IMG/VR virus record: IMGVR_UViG_3300031088_000782
Coordinates: 96,001-160,000 of that record
Direction: 5' to 3' (one strand)
DNA: 64,000 bases
Origin: a virus
Lineage: Duplodnaviria > Caudoviricetes
Shown: positions 8,946 to 18,382 of the stretch, in pieces
Layout: every line of letters begins with the position of its first letter
How positions within the stretch are numbered: position 1 is the first letter of the stretch
Program-made: the position numbers and the translations under genes
Notes under the pieces: model-generated
Database searches by the model: none
What the model was told of the DNA's origin: nothing
Seen by the model: only the letters and a program-made list of their open reading frames with translations

Positions 8946-11225
8946 ATGGCGAATAATGATAGAGAGCTATACTTGCAAGCACAAAGAAGGCTTGTTGCTT
9001 CCTTGGTGTATGACGGGACAAGCGCAACAAGAGTTTTCGAATTAGTTGGTCCTCAAGATGTTGATGAACCCGCGCTGGAACTTATCATTACCGCTATTAT
9101 GACTCTGGCCCGACAAGATTCAGAAATTTCCGTAATTTCTATTGGTAAAGAACTGGAAAAAGAAGGCCTTCTTGCTCAAGTTGGAGGAATTTCAGAGCTT
9201 AACGCTTTGCGTATTGAAGGCGAAAGATACAGACTTGAAGCTCCATCTGAACTTTATGCAAAAATTGTTCGAGAATCAAGCGCAAAAGACAAACTTGAAA
9301 CATTGCTTGTTGACTCTAAAGACACATTTAGGGATGATTCTGGAATGTCTGCTGTCGATGCTATCTCAAATCTTCAATCAGAACTCAGCAACGCACTCTA
9401 TGGGCTGTCAGACGATTCAACAGTGGTTGATGTAAGTGATTACATGGAAAGCTATTTTAACGTCTTAGATGAGCGTTTAAAGGTGAGTAAAGAAAATGAA
9501 GATAAGGCAGATGGTCTTCAAGGCATTCCAAGTCTTGTTCCCACTCTCAATAAGTACACAAACGGATGGCAGGCGCAACAACTTATTACAATTGGAGCGA
9601 GAACTGGTGTTGGAAAAGCTCTTTCTCTTGATACTCCGATTCCAACTCTTAGCGGTTGGACAACTATGGGAGAATTGAACATTGGGGACAAAGTTCTAGG
9701 AAGAGACGGAAAGCCAACAACTGTTGTTAATGCTACAGAAGTTCAACTTGAAAGAAAATGCTACCATGTTATTTTCAACAACGGAGAAACAATCACAGCT
9801 GATGCAGATCACAGATGGATCACTGAAACGTCTGATAGTAATGGACAGGAAAGCGTTAAAACAACACAAGAAATTTTCGAAACATTGCATAATGTAAAAG
9901 GCTCTCCAAATCATTATATTTCAGCTACTTCTCCGATTAATTTTGGATTAAAAGAGCTTCCTGTTGAACCTTACTATTTAGGATACAGAATATATCACAA
10001 TGATATCAAGGATATTTTTCCTAATTTTGATATATATGATTTGAATTCTATTGAAAAGGATTTTATTCCTGCAGTTTATTTGCGCTCTTCTGTTAATCAG
10101 AGAAAGAGTCTATTGAGGGGCATAGTTGACGGACTCAAAAAATCAAACATCTCAGATGAAATTATTCTTGAATTTGAGAAAAAAGAACTTTCTGAATCTG
10201 TTTTTGAATTACTTAGTTCATTAGGATTAATTGCTTTTATTTCTGAATCTAACAGTAAGATTGAGATTCGCTTTTCGTCTGAATCATATTTTAATCTTAT
10301 AAAAAACAAAAAGAATAACGAAAAATTTATTATTGAATCTATTGTTGAAGTTGATAGTGTTCCTGTTAGATGTATTCAAGTAGATAATGAAGATCACATG
10401 TATCTTGCTGGAAAAGCTATGGTGCCTACTCATAATACTGTTTTTGCTATTATGTCATTAGTAGCAGCGGCTCGGGCTGGAAAAGCTGTTTTGTTCTTCT
10501 CTCTGGAAATGGATTATCCTGAGATTATTGACAGAATTGTTGCTTGCATGTCAGGTGTATCTCAATCAAAACTAAAAAATGGAAGATTGAGCGAAGAGGA
10601 AGTAGAGCTTGTTGTCAAAGCGCAGACTGAACTTAAAGATTTAAAAATAATCATTGATACTGACCCTAAAGCAACTGTTGATTCTATCAGGTCCAAAGCT
10701 TTCAAAGCGGCTCAGTCACCAACTGGATTAGATATGATTATTTTGGATTATCTTCAGTTGATAACCCCTGTGGGACGTTATTCAAGCAGGCAAGAGGCTG
10801 TTTCGGACATGTCAAGAAATATGAAACTTACAGCGAAAACTTTGAATGTTCCTATTATGGTTCTTGTTCAGCTTAACAGAGCACAAGGTGACGAGGATGA
10901 TGATAAGTTACCTACTTTGGACAATATTCGTGAATCCGGAGCTATTGCTATGGACTCTGATATTGTTGTTCTTCTTCATAGAGATGCAACACAAGATGAT
11001 ACGACTCCACAGACCATAGTCATTTTAGAGAAAAACAGAGGTGGAGAGTCTAAGAAGCTTATCAGATGTCATTCTAATCTTGAATGTTCTTTATTCAGAG
11101 AAATAAAACGAGAAAAAGAAACTTCTGAAAGATTAACTGATGAAGAAATGATGGAACTGGAAGATGACATTGATTTAAGTGATTTTCCTGATCTTGATGA
11201 TGACATTGATCTGCAAGATTTGTGA
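8946..11225 (+). CDS. dnaB: replicative DNA helicase DnaB with intein
   Basis: GARTGVGK|T Walker A split by an intein; FFSLEM, IILDYLQL, VLVQLNR, RESGAIAMDSDIVVLLHR; ORF track start is TTG 8925. Confidence 0.95.
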   Translation: MANNDRELYLQAQRRLVASLVYDGTSATRVFELVGPQDVDEPALELIITAIMTLARQDSEISVISIGKELEKEGLLAQVGGISELNALRIEGERYRLEAPSELYAKIVRESSAKDKLETLLVDSKDTFRDDSGMSAVDAISNLQSELSNALYGLSDDSTVVDVSDYMESYFNVLDERLKVSKENEDKADGLQGIPSLVPTLNKYTNGWQAQQLITIGARTGVGKALSLDTPIPTLSGWTTMGELNIGDKVLGRDGKPTTVVNATEVQLERKCYHVIFNNGETITADADHRWITETSDSNGQESVKTTQEIFETLHNVKGSPNHYISATSPINFGLKELPVEPYYLGYRIYHNDIKDIFPNFDIYDLNSIEKDFIPAVYLRSSVNQRKSLLRGIVDGLKKSNISDEIILEFEKKELSESVFELLSSLGLIAFISESNSKIEIRFSSESYFNLIKNKKNNEKFIIESIVEVDSVPVRCIQVDNEDHMYLAGKAMVPTHNTVFAIMSLVAAARAGKAVLFFSLEMDYPEIIDRIVACMSGVSQSKLKNGRLSEEEVELVVKAQTELKDLKIIIDTDPKATVDSIRSKAFKAAQSPTGLDMIILDYLQLITPVGRYSSRQEAVSDMSRNMKLTAKTLNVPIMVLVQLNRAQGDEDDDKLPTLDNIRESGAIAMDSDIVVLLHRDATQDDTTPQTIVILEKNRGGESKKLIRCHSNLECSLFREIKREKETSERLTDEEMMELEDDIDLSDFPDLDDDIDLQDL
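9618..10436 (+). mobile_element. class 3 intein (273 aa) in the DnaB P-loop with degenerate LAGLIDADG remnant
   Basis: Starts ALSLDTPIPT (Ala1); DADHRW, VRCIQV and VPTHN|T supply the W-C-T triplet; endonuclease blocks degenerate (YYLGYRI, LLRGIVDG). Confidence 0.9.
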
Positions 11226-11234
11226 GGGGAGAAA

Positions 11235-11636
11235 ATGAAAAAAAATATTCCTACTAAAAGACATCCTTTGTTTAAAGAAGAGGAAACTTTGGATTTCGGT
11301 GACTTTGAAGTGACAGAATTGACAGAGGATCAAAAAGTTGACGCATTTATTTCTAAATATATGGAAATTTTTGACCCCATAGAAACATTCTCAAAATATT
11401 TTGAATCTTCCGCTAAGGGGGTTGATCACATTCTCAGAGATGTTAAACTGTATTATAAGAAGTTAGTTCTTCAGGGAAATTGGTCTGAGAAAAAATATGT
11501 TGTTGTCATTAATGATATTTTTGAAAATCGCATTCCTTTAACTGTTGTTACTTTAGACAGAAGTGGGCTTCTTTTCGAAAAGGAAAAACTAAATTCTCAA
11601 AGAAGAGCTAAAACAGGAAGCAGGAGGCGAGTTTGA
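11235..11636 (+). CDS. hypothetical protein (133 aa)
   Basis: ORF with RBS between dnaB and the loader-like gene. Confidence 0.65.
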   Translation: MKKNIPTKRHPLFKEEETLDFGDFEVTELTEDQKVDAFISKYMEIFDPIETFSKYFESSAKGVDHILRDVKLYYKKLVLQGNWSEKKYVVVINDIFENRIPLTVVTLDRSGLLFEKEKLNSQRRAKTGSRRRV

Positions 11637-11637
11637 A

Positions 11638-12417
11638 ATGAACGATGACAAACTTCATAACGCTATAAACAGTGATAATTTCAATTTCGTCAATCACAAT
11701 GAAACAGATTTTGAATCTTTCAGAAAATTTCAGCAGGACATTGACAAAAGATACTCAAAAGTTGAACGCGAAAGAACCATTCGTGAGCGTTCAAAAAATC
11801 TTGAAAAATGGGACAATAGCCTACCAGAAAGATGGCGTGGAGCTTCTTTGTCGAAAATTCATAATCCGGCAGCTGAAGTAGCCTTAAATATTATTAAAGA
11901 AAAAGGAAAAGGAAGCTTTTTTGTTAATGGAAATGCTGGATCAGGAAAAACCTATTTATCTTATGCCATCATTCGTAAATACATTGGTTCAGGTTGGACA
12001 ACTTTTTCTCAAGTGAAAATTATTTCAGAAGAAAGCATTCTGGGATTAGCTTATACTGGCTTTGAGGGCCGATCACGATTTGAGAAAATGTTTGATGATA
12101 AGTATAAAGTCTATCTTTTTGATAACGTTGGAGGTCGAGAGCATTACGATACAAAAAAAGAGACTCCTTTATGGGAAAGACTAATCGATCACATTTACAA
12201 CAATTCTTTATATGCTATCTTCACAAGCAACGATTCAGCTTTGAACTTTTCCGAAATTCTCAGTGATTCAGGACAGGCAAAATTTAGCCATTTAATTTCA
12301 GGTAGAACTATTGAGGTCAGAGGAACACGACAGCCTGCTATTTCAGATAAAGACGATAAGAGAAAATCATCAAAAAACAATAATTTTGATAGCAAATTAG
12401 ATGCTTTCGATGGATAA
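11638..12417 (+). CDS. DnaC/IstB-like AAA+ helicase loader
   Basis: LPERWRGASL, GNAGSGKT, LFDNVG, WERLIDHIY, IFTSN. Confidence 0.75.
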   Translation: MNDDKLHNAINSDNFNFVNHNETDFESFRKFQQDIDKRYSKVERERTIRERSKNLEKWDNSLPERWRGASLSKIHNPAAEVALNIIKEKGKGSFFVNGNAGSGKTYLSYAIIRKYIGSGWTTFSQVKIISEESILGLAYTGFEGRSRFEKMFDDKYKVYLFDNVGGREHYDTKKETPLWERLIDHIYNNSLYAIFTSNDSALNFSEILSDSGQAKFSHLISGRTIEVRGTRQPAISDKDDKRKSSKNNNFDSKLDAFDG

Positions 12418-12496
12418 TGCATATTTTCTGTCATAATCTTTGAATAATTTGTTAAAATGGTAGAGGCAAATAAAAACACTTCTGCTAAGGGGAAAC

Positions 12497-14842
12497 ATGT
12501 CAAAGAGAAAAGACGAAAGAAATTATATGCAGATTGATGAATTTTTCAGCAACACAAATTTGGAGCTGAATTCACAAGAGGCAAAAAAGAAAGCTGGATT
12601 CTTTAAGAAAACTGGAAGCTTCTTCATGCTTATCGTATGTGCCTCTGTTATGGGTGCTTTAATCAGCGTTCCAGGAATAGCTACTGGATCAACTATTGCA
12701 CAAGTTTCTGAACCCGTAGTTGACATGTGGAAAAACTACCCTGAAGAGTTAGATAATATTTCTATTGCTGAAAGAAATATACTTTATGATAAAAATGGGG
12801 ATGTCTTCGCTCAGGTATGGTCAGAAGATAGAGTCTCTGTAGAGGGGCTTGACGAAATAAGCGATTATGCAAAAAAAGGATTGATTGCAACAGAAGATAA
12901 AAGATTCTATGAGCATAATGGTTTTGACATCAAAGGTACAGCAAGAGCTGCGCTGAAAGGCGGCGGCGGTTCCGGCATTACTCAGCAGTTAGTTAAAAAC
13001 CTACAGTTTTATAATATGGCCGGTAAAGACAAAAAAGAAAAAGCCATCGAGGTTTCTTATCAAAGAAAGGCTAAGGAACTTAAGCTTTCATTAGCCTATG
13101 AAAAAACTCATTCAAAAGACGAAATTCTTCTTCAATATTTCAATACAGTTGCTTTTGGAAATCCCAATATTTATTCAATTGAAGCTGCTTCTCAGTATTT
13201 TTTCGGGAAACCAGCTAAGAATCTCAGCCTTGCAGAATCAGCCATCCTTGTAGGATCTGTGCAAAATCCGGTTAAATACAACCTTAGCAAAGACGAATCT
13301 AAAGATTTGTGGAAAGAGCGACAGAAAATTGTCCTCAACAGGATGGTTTCAGAAAAATATATTACTCAAGACGAAGCTGATGAAGCTTACAAAGAAAAAA
13401 TCAAACTTGTCAAAAAGAAAACCTCAGCAGGAAGCTGTGTTTCATCAAAATACCCTTTCTATTGTGATTATGTTATGGGATATTTGAAAAAATCTTCTAA
13501 GCTTGGAGAAACACAAGAAGAACGAGATGCTATTCTTGCAAAAGGTGGATTGCATATCAAAACATATATGGATCCGAAAGTGATGAAAGGCATTGATAAA
13601 CAGTTGGAAAATGATTTTGGAAACAAAAATCGTGTTGTTGCTCCTGCAGCTGTTGTTCAACCGGGAACTGGTGGAGTTTCAGGGTTTGGGGTCAATAGAG
13701 AATATGGATCAGGTAAAGGCAAGACTACTATCAATGTTCCTGCTAACAAGTCAGGAACAGGATCCGCTTATAAACCGATAACTTTGGCCGCAGCTTTGGA
13801 AAGTGGAATGAAAGAAAGCGATTTGAATTTCAGTTCATCTTGTCCTTTGAATCCTGGTTCCCAATATGATGCTCCTGTGGGTGGATTCAAGAACTCTAAT
13901 GGTTGTGGTTTTCAATCTGGAAAACTTGACTATGAACAAGCTACAGCATGGTCATCTAACACCTGGTATCTAACGCTTGCAATGAAAACAGGAATGAATA
14001 ATGTTATTGACATGAGTAAAAAACTTAATTTGAATGTTCCAGAAGGGACTTCAGAACGAAGCCTTGCTCTTGTTATAGGTTCAGCAGAGAACAGTAACAT
14101 CGACATGGCTGCGGCTTTCGGAACTTTTGCAAATGAAGGTGTCTTTTGCCCTGCAACACCTGTGGCATCTTATGAATATGCGGATGGAACTTCTCCCGCT
14201 GTTCCCGATACGTACGATCCTTCAGAAACATCATGTAGGCGTGTTATGAGTCCTCATACTGCATCTGTAGGGTTGAAAGCTATGCGAGCAAATACTTATC
14301 CAGGACATGCTAAATCTCCTTTCGGTGTTGCAGCAAAAATTAAAGGATATGACGCTGTTGGAAAATCAGGAACAAACCAGAATTACAACTGGACATGGGT
14401 TCAGGTTTCCAAAGATTATTCAATGTTCTTCAATATTTATGACATGGATAGGGTTTCTAATGGGGTCAAAGGAATGACTTATAAAGGAAGTTTCACAAGT
14501 AAAAACATCTCCACTAAGGCCGGGTCTGATGTTCTTCGCAGTATTGTCAAAGAAACAAATGCAAAGAGCAAAAAACTTGATTATAACAATAAGGATAGTA
14601 GTTTGAAGCCAGTTCCAGTTGAGACACGAGATTACTTTACAATCCCTTCCACTTTGGGAATGAAACCTGCTGAAGCTCTTTCTGCAATGAAAGCATTAGG
14701 AATTAATGCTTATGTCAGTAAAGAGAAGAGACCTGCATCCAAAGGTTATCCTGAAGGTGTCATCATTGAACAATCTCTTGACCCAGGGTTGCAATTGCCT
14801 GTGGGGACAAATAAAGAAGTAATTCTATATATGTCTGAGTAA
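12497..14842 (+). CDS. class A penicillin-binding protein (transglycosylase-transpeptidase-PASTA)
   Basis: TM helix; EDKRFYEHNG, GSGITQQLVKN and RKAKE glycosyltransferase motifs; SAYK, SSN and KSGT transpeptidase motifs; C-terminal PASTA. Confidence 0.93.
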   Translation: MSKRKDERNYMQIDEFFSNTNLELNSQEAKKKAGFFKKTGSFFMLIVCASVMGALISVPGIATGSTIAQVSEPVVDMWKNYPEELDNISIAERNILYDKNGDVFAQVWSEDRVSVEGLDEISDYAKKGLIATEDKRFYEHNGFDIKGTARAALKGGGGSGITQQLVKNLQFYNMAGKDKKEKAIEVSYQRKAKELKLSLAYEKTHSKDEILLQYFNTVAFGNPNIYSIEAASQYFFGKPAKNLSLAESAILVGSVQNPVKYNLSKDESKDLWKERQKIVLNRMVSEKYITQDEADEAYKEKIKLVKKKTSAGSCVSSKYPFYCDYVMGYLKKSSKLGETQEERDAILAKGGLHIKTYMDPKVMKGIDKQLENDFGNKNRVVAPAAVVQPGTGGVSGFGVNREYGSGKGKTTINVPANKSGTGSAYKPITLAAALESGMKESDLNFSSSCPLNPGSQYDAPVGGFKNSNGCGFQSGKLDYEQATAWSSNTWYLTLAMKTGMNNVIDMSKKLNLNVPEGTSERSLALVIGSAENSNIDMAAAFGTFANEGVFCPATPVASYEYADGTSPAVPDTYDPSETSCRRVMSPHTASVGLKAMRANTYPGHAKSPFGVAAKIKGYDAVGKSGTNQNYNWTWVQVSKDYSMFFNIYDMDRVSNGVKGMTYKGSFTSKNISTKAGSDVLRSIVKETNAKSKKLDYNNKDSSLKPVPVETRDYFTIPSTLGMKPAEALSAMKALGINAYVSKEKRPASKGYPEGVIIEQSLDPGLQLPVGTNKEVILYMSE

Positions 14843-14893
14843 AAAATTGGGTAGAAAGCAACTTTAAAAACCACAGCTTTCTACCCAATTTTT
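14842..14893 (+). terminator. terminator hairpin
   Basis: 18-bp aaaaattgggtagaaagc / gctttctacccaattttt. Confidence 0.7.
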
Positions 14894-14946
14894 CAGTAGA
14901 TATTTTCGGTAGAATATTAAGAGATAAAACAACAAAAGGAAAATCT

Positions 14947-15408
14947 ATGAGCAAAGAAATTGACTATGAAAACATTCATCAATCAATTGAGGATGCTATC
15001 GAAAACTTCAAAGTGGCGAAAAATAATTTTGAAACCCAACGCGAAGAACTTGTGTCAATAAACAGAAAAGTTTCTGAAAGCATTTCTCAACTTCAAGAAG
15101 CAAAATTGAAGATTGAAGATCTTTTGGGGGAAGATGAAGATAAAGTTTCTAAAAAAACACCAAGAAAAACTGCATCTAAATCTCAGTCGAGCAAAAAATC
15201 ATCTGCTAGTAAAAAAGTAGTTGAAGAACCTAAAAACGATTTAAAAGAAGAAAGCGAATCTTTGGCTAAACCGAAGAATAAAGTTATTGCTCAAAATGAT
15301 ACTAATGATAAAGATGATTCCGCCAGCAGTAAAGATAAAGACATTGAAAGCTTTATCACTGATGATGGATTGTTTGATTCTGATGATATAGACGAAATTA
15401 ATTTTTAA
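14947..15408 (+). CDS. hypothetical coiled-coil protein with acidic tail
   Basis: N-terminal heptads, K/S-rich linker, ends DDIDEINF. Confidence 0.7.
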   Translation: MSKEIDYENIHQSIEDAIENFKVAKNNFETQREELVSINRKVSESISQLQEAKLKIEDLLGEDEDKVSKKTPRKTASKSQSSKKSSASKKVVEEPKNDLKEESESLAKPKNKVIAQNDTNDKDDSASSKDKDIESFITDDGLFDSDDIDEINF

Positions 15409-15432
15409 GAGAAGAAAAGGAAAAACAATATA

Positions 15433-16635
15433 ATGAAGATTACGATTAATTCAAAAAGTTTTGTGGAGGCTGTTTCTTGGGTCACAAAATCATATGACAC
15501 AAAAAACGACAGGTCTTATATAGCTTTGTCGATTGATTCAGAGGGTGAAGGTGTTCTTTCACACGCTAATGCCAACTCATATATGAAGAGCAATTACAGC
15601 GTTGTTTCAGTTGATTTTGATGGTGATGATCAAGACAATGCTGTTTTCTCCGTAGATGGAGCTTACCTGAAGAATTTAGCTAATGCTATCGGTTCATCAG
15701 GTGGAGATTTTGTCATCAGTAAAAAGCTGAAAGCAGAAAGAACCTCTCTTGATGTTAAAACAAATTTAGGAAAATTCACTATCCCACTTCTTGATCAGAC
15801 AGTTGCAAGCGAACCAGAATTCGTTGAAATTGGAGAAGTTGATGACAATGAATTTTTTGATTCTTTGACAAGAATTGCAAAACTGTGTGATTCTGATAAT
15901 TCAGGTTCATCAAGCTTTATCGGATCTGTTGATTTCGGCTTTGACACAGAAGAAAAAACTGTTAAGATGTTTGCTACTGATAGATATGCTTTAGGTGAAA
16001 TTTCTCTTGATTTCAGCCCCTCCGAAGAAGAAGATGATACAGTTGATGAAATTGTTTCAAAACATATTCTACTTCCTAGCAACAGCGCAAATATTGTTTC
16101 TTCTACTAAGGGGATAAATACTTCTATCACTCTCATTGCTGAAGATAGTGGAGATGGGACATTAAGGTTTGGCTATTCTTTCCCTGATGGACGAATCGCT
16201 CTTTTCTCTTTAGTCAATGCTGCTACCTTCCCTCACACAAAAGCAATGAAAGATAAAGCACTTAAAGAAGTGGAGCACGAAGTTACTCTTGAAACTTCTG
16301 ATTTGAAAAATGCTATCAGAACTATTTCAAGCCTTTCTCCGTCAGAAGATGACATTTATTTCACAATTTCAAGTAAAGGTTTAGTTGTCACAGATTCAAC
16401 TAAATCAAATTCCCTAAAAGTGGATCATGATGAAATCGACTATGACAATGACGAGGATTATCGTGCTCGTTTTGTCAGAAGTGTTATCAATGAAGCTTTC
16501 AGTCCTATTAGCACAAATAAAATGAAACTCAAGTGGGGGTCAGACAGTATGGCTTTTGTTCTTGAACCTATTACAGAAGATGGGGAAAGTGTAAATAACG
16601 TTTTCGTCATGGCTGTTATTGGGAAAGTCAACTGA
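15433..16635 (+). CDS. dnaN: DNA polymerase III beta sliding clamp-like protein
   Basis: 400 aa, MKITINSKSF start, MFATDRYAL motif, FP..K motif, C-terminal VFVMAV. Confidence 0.75.
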   Translation: MKITINSKSFVEAVSWVTKSYDTKNDRSYIALSIDSEGEGVLSHANANSYMKSNYSVVSVDFDGDDQDNAVFSVDGAYLKNLANAIGSSGGDFVISKKLKAERTSLDVKTNLGKFTIPLLDQTVASEPEFVEIGEVDDNEFFDSLTRIAKLCDSDNSGSSSFIGSVDFGFDTEEKTVKMFATDRYALGEISLDFSPSEEEDDTVDEIVSKHILLPSNSANIVSSTKGINTSITLIAEDSGDGTLRFGYSFPDGRIALFSLVNAATFPHTKAMKDKALKEVEHEVTLETSDLKNAIRTISSLSPSEDDIYFTISSKGLVVTDSTKSNSLKVDHDEIDYDNDEDYRARFVRSVINEAFSPISTNKMKLKWGSDSMAFVLEPITEDGESVNNVFVMAVIGKVN

Positions 16636-16660
16636 AAAAACACGATAGGATAAATAAAAC

Positions 16661-17347
16661 ATGGTGCCAGAGACAAATCTAATAGGAATAATTGCTTCTT
16701 TTCTTGCAGTTATTGTTCCAGTTGGTTTAGGAATTTTTTCAATATTTTTTAAGCCAAAATGGATGAAAGATAAGTCTCTGGCTCCTTCGTGGACAAAAAT
16801 TAACGTAGCTGCAATAACAGTTGGATTGTTATCAGGATGTTTTGGTTGGTTCATGTACAAAGAATTTGGAACTTACATCAGCGGTATAGCGTTTCTCAAC
16901 TCTTCACTTCTAGGATTCAGTGTTTTTCAAACTTTTTTCACTGATTTTTGGTATAGGCTTGCAGATAGAAGAATTTTAAATATTTCTACGCTAATTTCTC
17001 TTCTCTTCGGTATATATATGACTTGGGATATTTTTGGAAAAGAAATGTTGATGATATATGGCATTTTATTCTTTCTAGCAACAATAGTTTTATTTATTCC
17101 AAGCATAGGATCTTCTGATGGAAGAGCTTTACAACTAGTTGTTTCTGCAACTGTTCCTCTTGTTGGTTTAATGGGTTTTCAATGGGGAATAGTAATGTTT
17201 TTGATTTTAATTTGTGCTTTTGGAATCGGGAATGCAATATACAAAAAAGATTTGAAGTCTTTAGTGAAAAAGGTCTCTATGCCTTTGGTTCCTATAATAT
17301 TATTAGCATTTTTAATAGTCATATTATTCTATAATTTATTTTTCTGA
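16661..17347 (+). CDS. prepilin-peptidase (A24)-like membrane protein
   Basis: Multi-TM; TDFWYRLADR and IGSSDGRAL Asp motifs. Confidence 0.55.
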   Translation: MVPETNLIGIIASFLAVIVPVGLGIFSIFFKPKWMKDKSLAPSWTKINVAAITVGLLSGCFGWFMYKEFGTYISGIAFLNSSLLGFSVFQTFFTDFWYRLADRRILNISTLISLLFGIYMTWDIFGKEMLMIYGILFFLATIVLFIPSIGSSDGRALQLVVSATVPLVGLMGFQWGIVMFLILICAFGIGNAIYKKDLKSLVKKVSMPLVPIILLAFLIVILFYNLFF

Positions 17348-17404
17348 AATAGTGACCATTGGCGATATTCATTTTAAATATCCGTAAATTTGAAAGGTTT
17401 TAAC

Positions 17405-18319
17405 ATGTCAGACATTTTAGACAGCATTGACGATTTGGTTGATGATGATGAAGATTTTAACGAAGAAACAGAAGATTTCTATGATGCTTCTTCTGACCTT
17501 GACACTGTTCTCAATGACGAAGGAGAAATGTCAGAAACAGAAGCAAGAGAAGTGACAGCTGCAATACGATCTGCAGTGACAGCAACTTACATTCTTTTGT
17601 CTCAAGCTCATGAAGGAAAAGCCTATAAAGCATTAGGGTATGACACATGGGCTGATTATGTCCGCGAAGAATTTGAAATCTCTCCTCAACGCTCTTATCA
17701 GCTTCTTGATCTTTCAAAAACAATTAAACTTATTGAAGAAGTTTCGCCAGAAGGAACAGTTGTTAAATTAACCGAAGCTCAAGCTCGTGACATCAAAAGA
17801 GAGCTTCCAAAGATTACAGAAAAAATTAGCGAAGAAACCAAAGATCTTAATTCCGATGAAGCCGGAGATCTTGTTGGACGAATTATCGAAGATGCAAGAG
17901 AACAGCAGAAAGCTGATGAGAAAGGCATTGCTGAACGAGAGAAAAATCTTGCTGAAGCGGAAAAAGAAGGATATCAAAAGGGATTAGAAGCGGCTGCTGA
18001 TGCAATGCTTGAAGAAGATGAGGAAGAAAGAAGCCCTAATAGAACTTTTGATGCTGATGCTCCTGACAGAATGACAGATTCAGCAGATGACGAATTTCTC
18101 GAAGTTGATGTGGATGGGGACGGAGGAGTTTCTCCATCTGATAGCATGAACCTTTATCAATTCGTTAATGCTTTGACAGGTATTTCCTCTCTTCCTGAAC
18201 CCGATGATTTTGTTGAAACCATTCCAGAATCACGATTTGATGAAATGTATGAACAGATTTTAGAGTCAGCTTCATGGATGAATAGATTATCTACATTAAT
18301 GGAGTTGCGTAAAAGTTGA
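17405..18319 (+). CDS. acidic hypothetical protein, possible DNA-binding N-terminal region
   Basis: AYKALGYDTWADYVREEFEISPQRSYQLL helical motif; RBS gaaagg; ORF track start is 17390. Confidence 0.7.
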   Translation: MSDILDSIDDLVDDDEDFNEETEDFYDASSDLDTVLNDEGEMSETEAREVTAAIRSAVTATYILLSQAHEGKAYKALGYDTWADYVREEFEISPQRSYQLLDLSKTIKLIEEVSPEGTVVKLTEAQARDIKRELPKITEKISEETKDLNSDEAGDLVGRIIEDAREQQKADEKGIAEREKNLAEAEKEGYQKGLEAAADAMLEEDEEERSPNRTFDADAPDRMTDSADDEFLEVDVDGDGGVSPSDSMNLYQFVNALTGISSLPEPDDFVETIPESRFDEMYEQILESASWMNRLSTLMELRKS

Positions 18320-18382
18320 TTTTTGAGTTTTTGTTTGGTAGAATGAATTTATCATGTCCCAACTAAATGAAGAGGTAGAACA

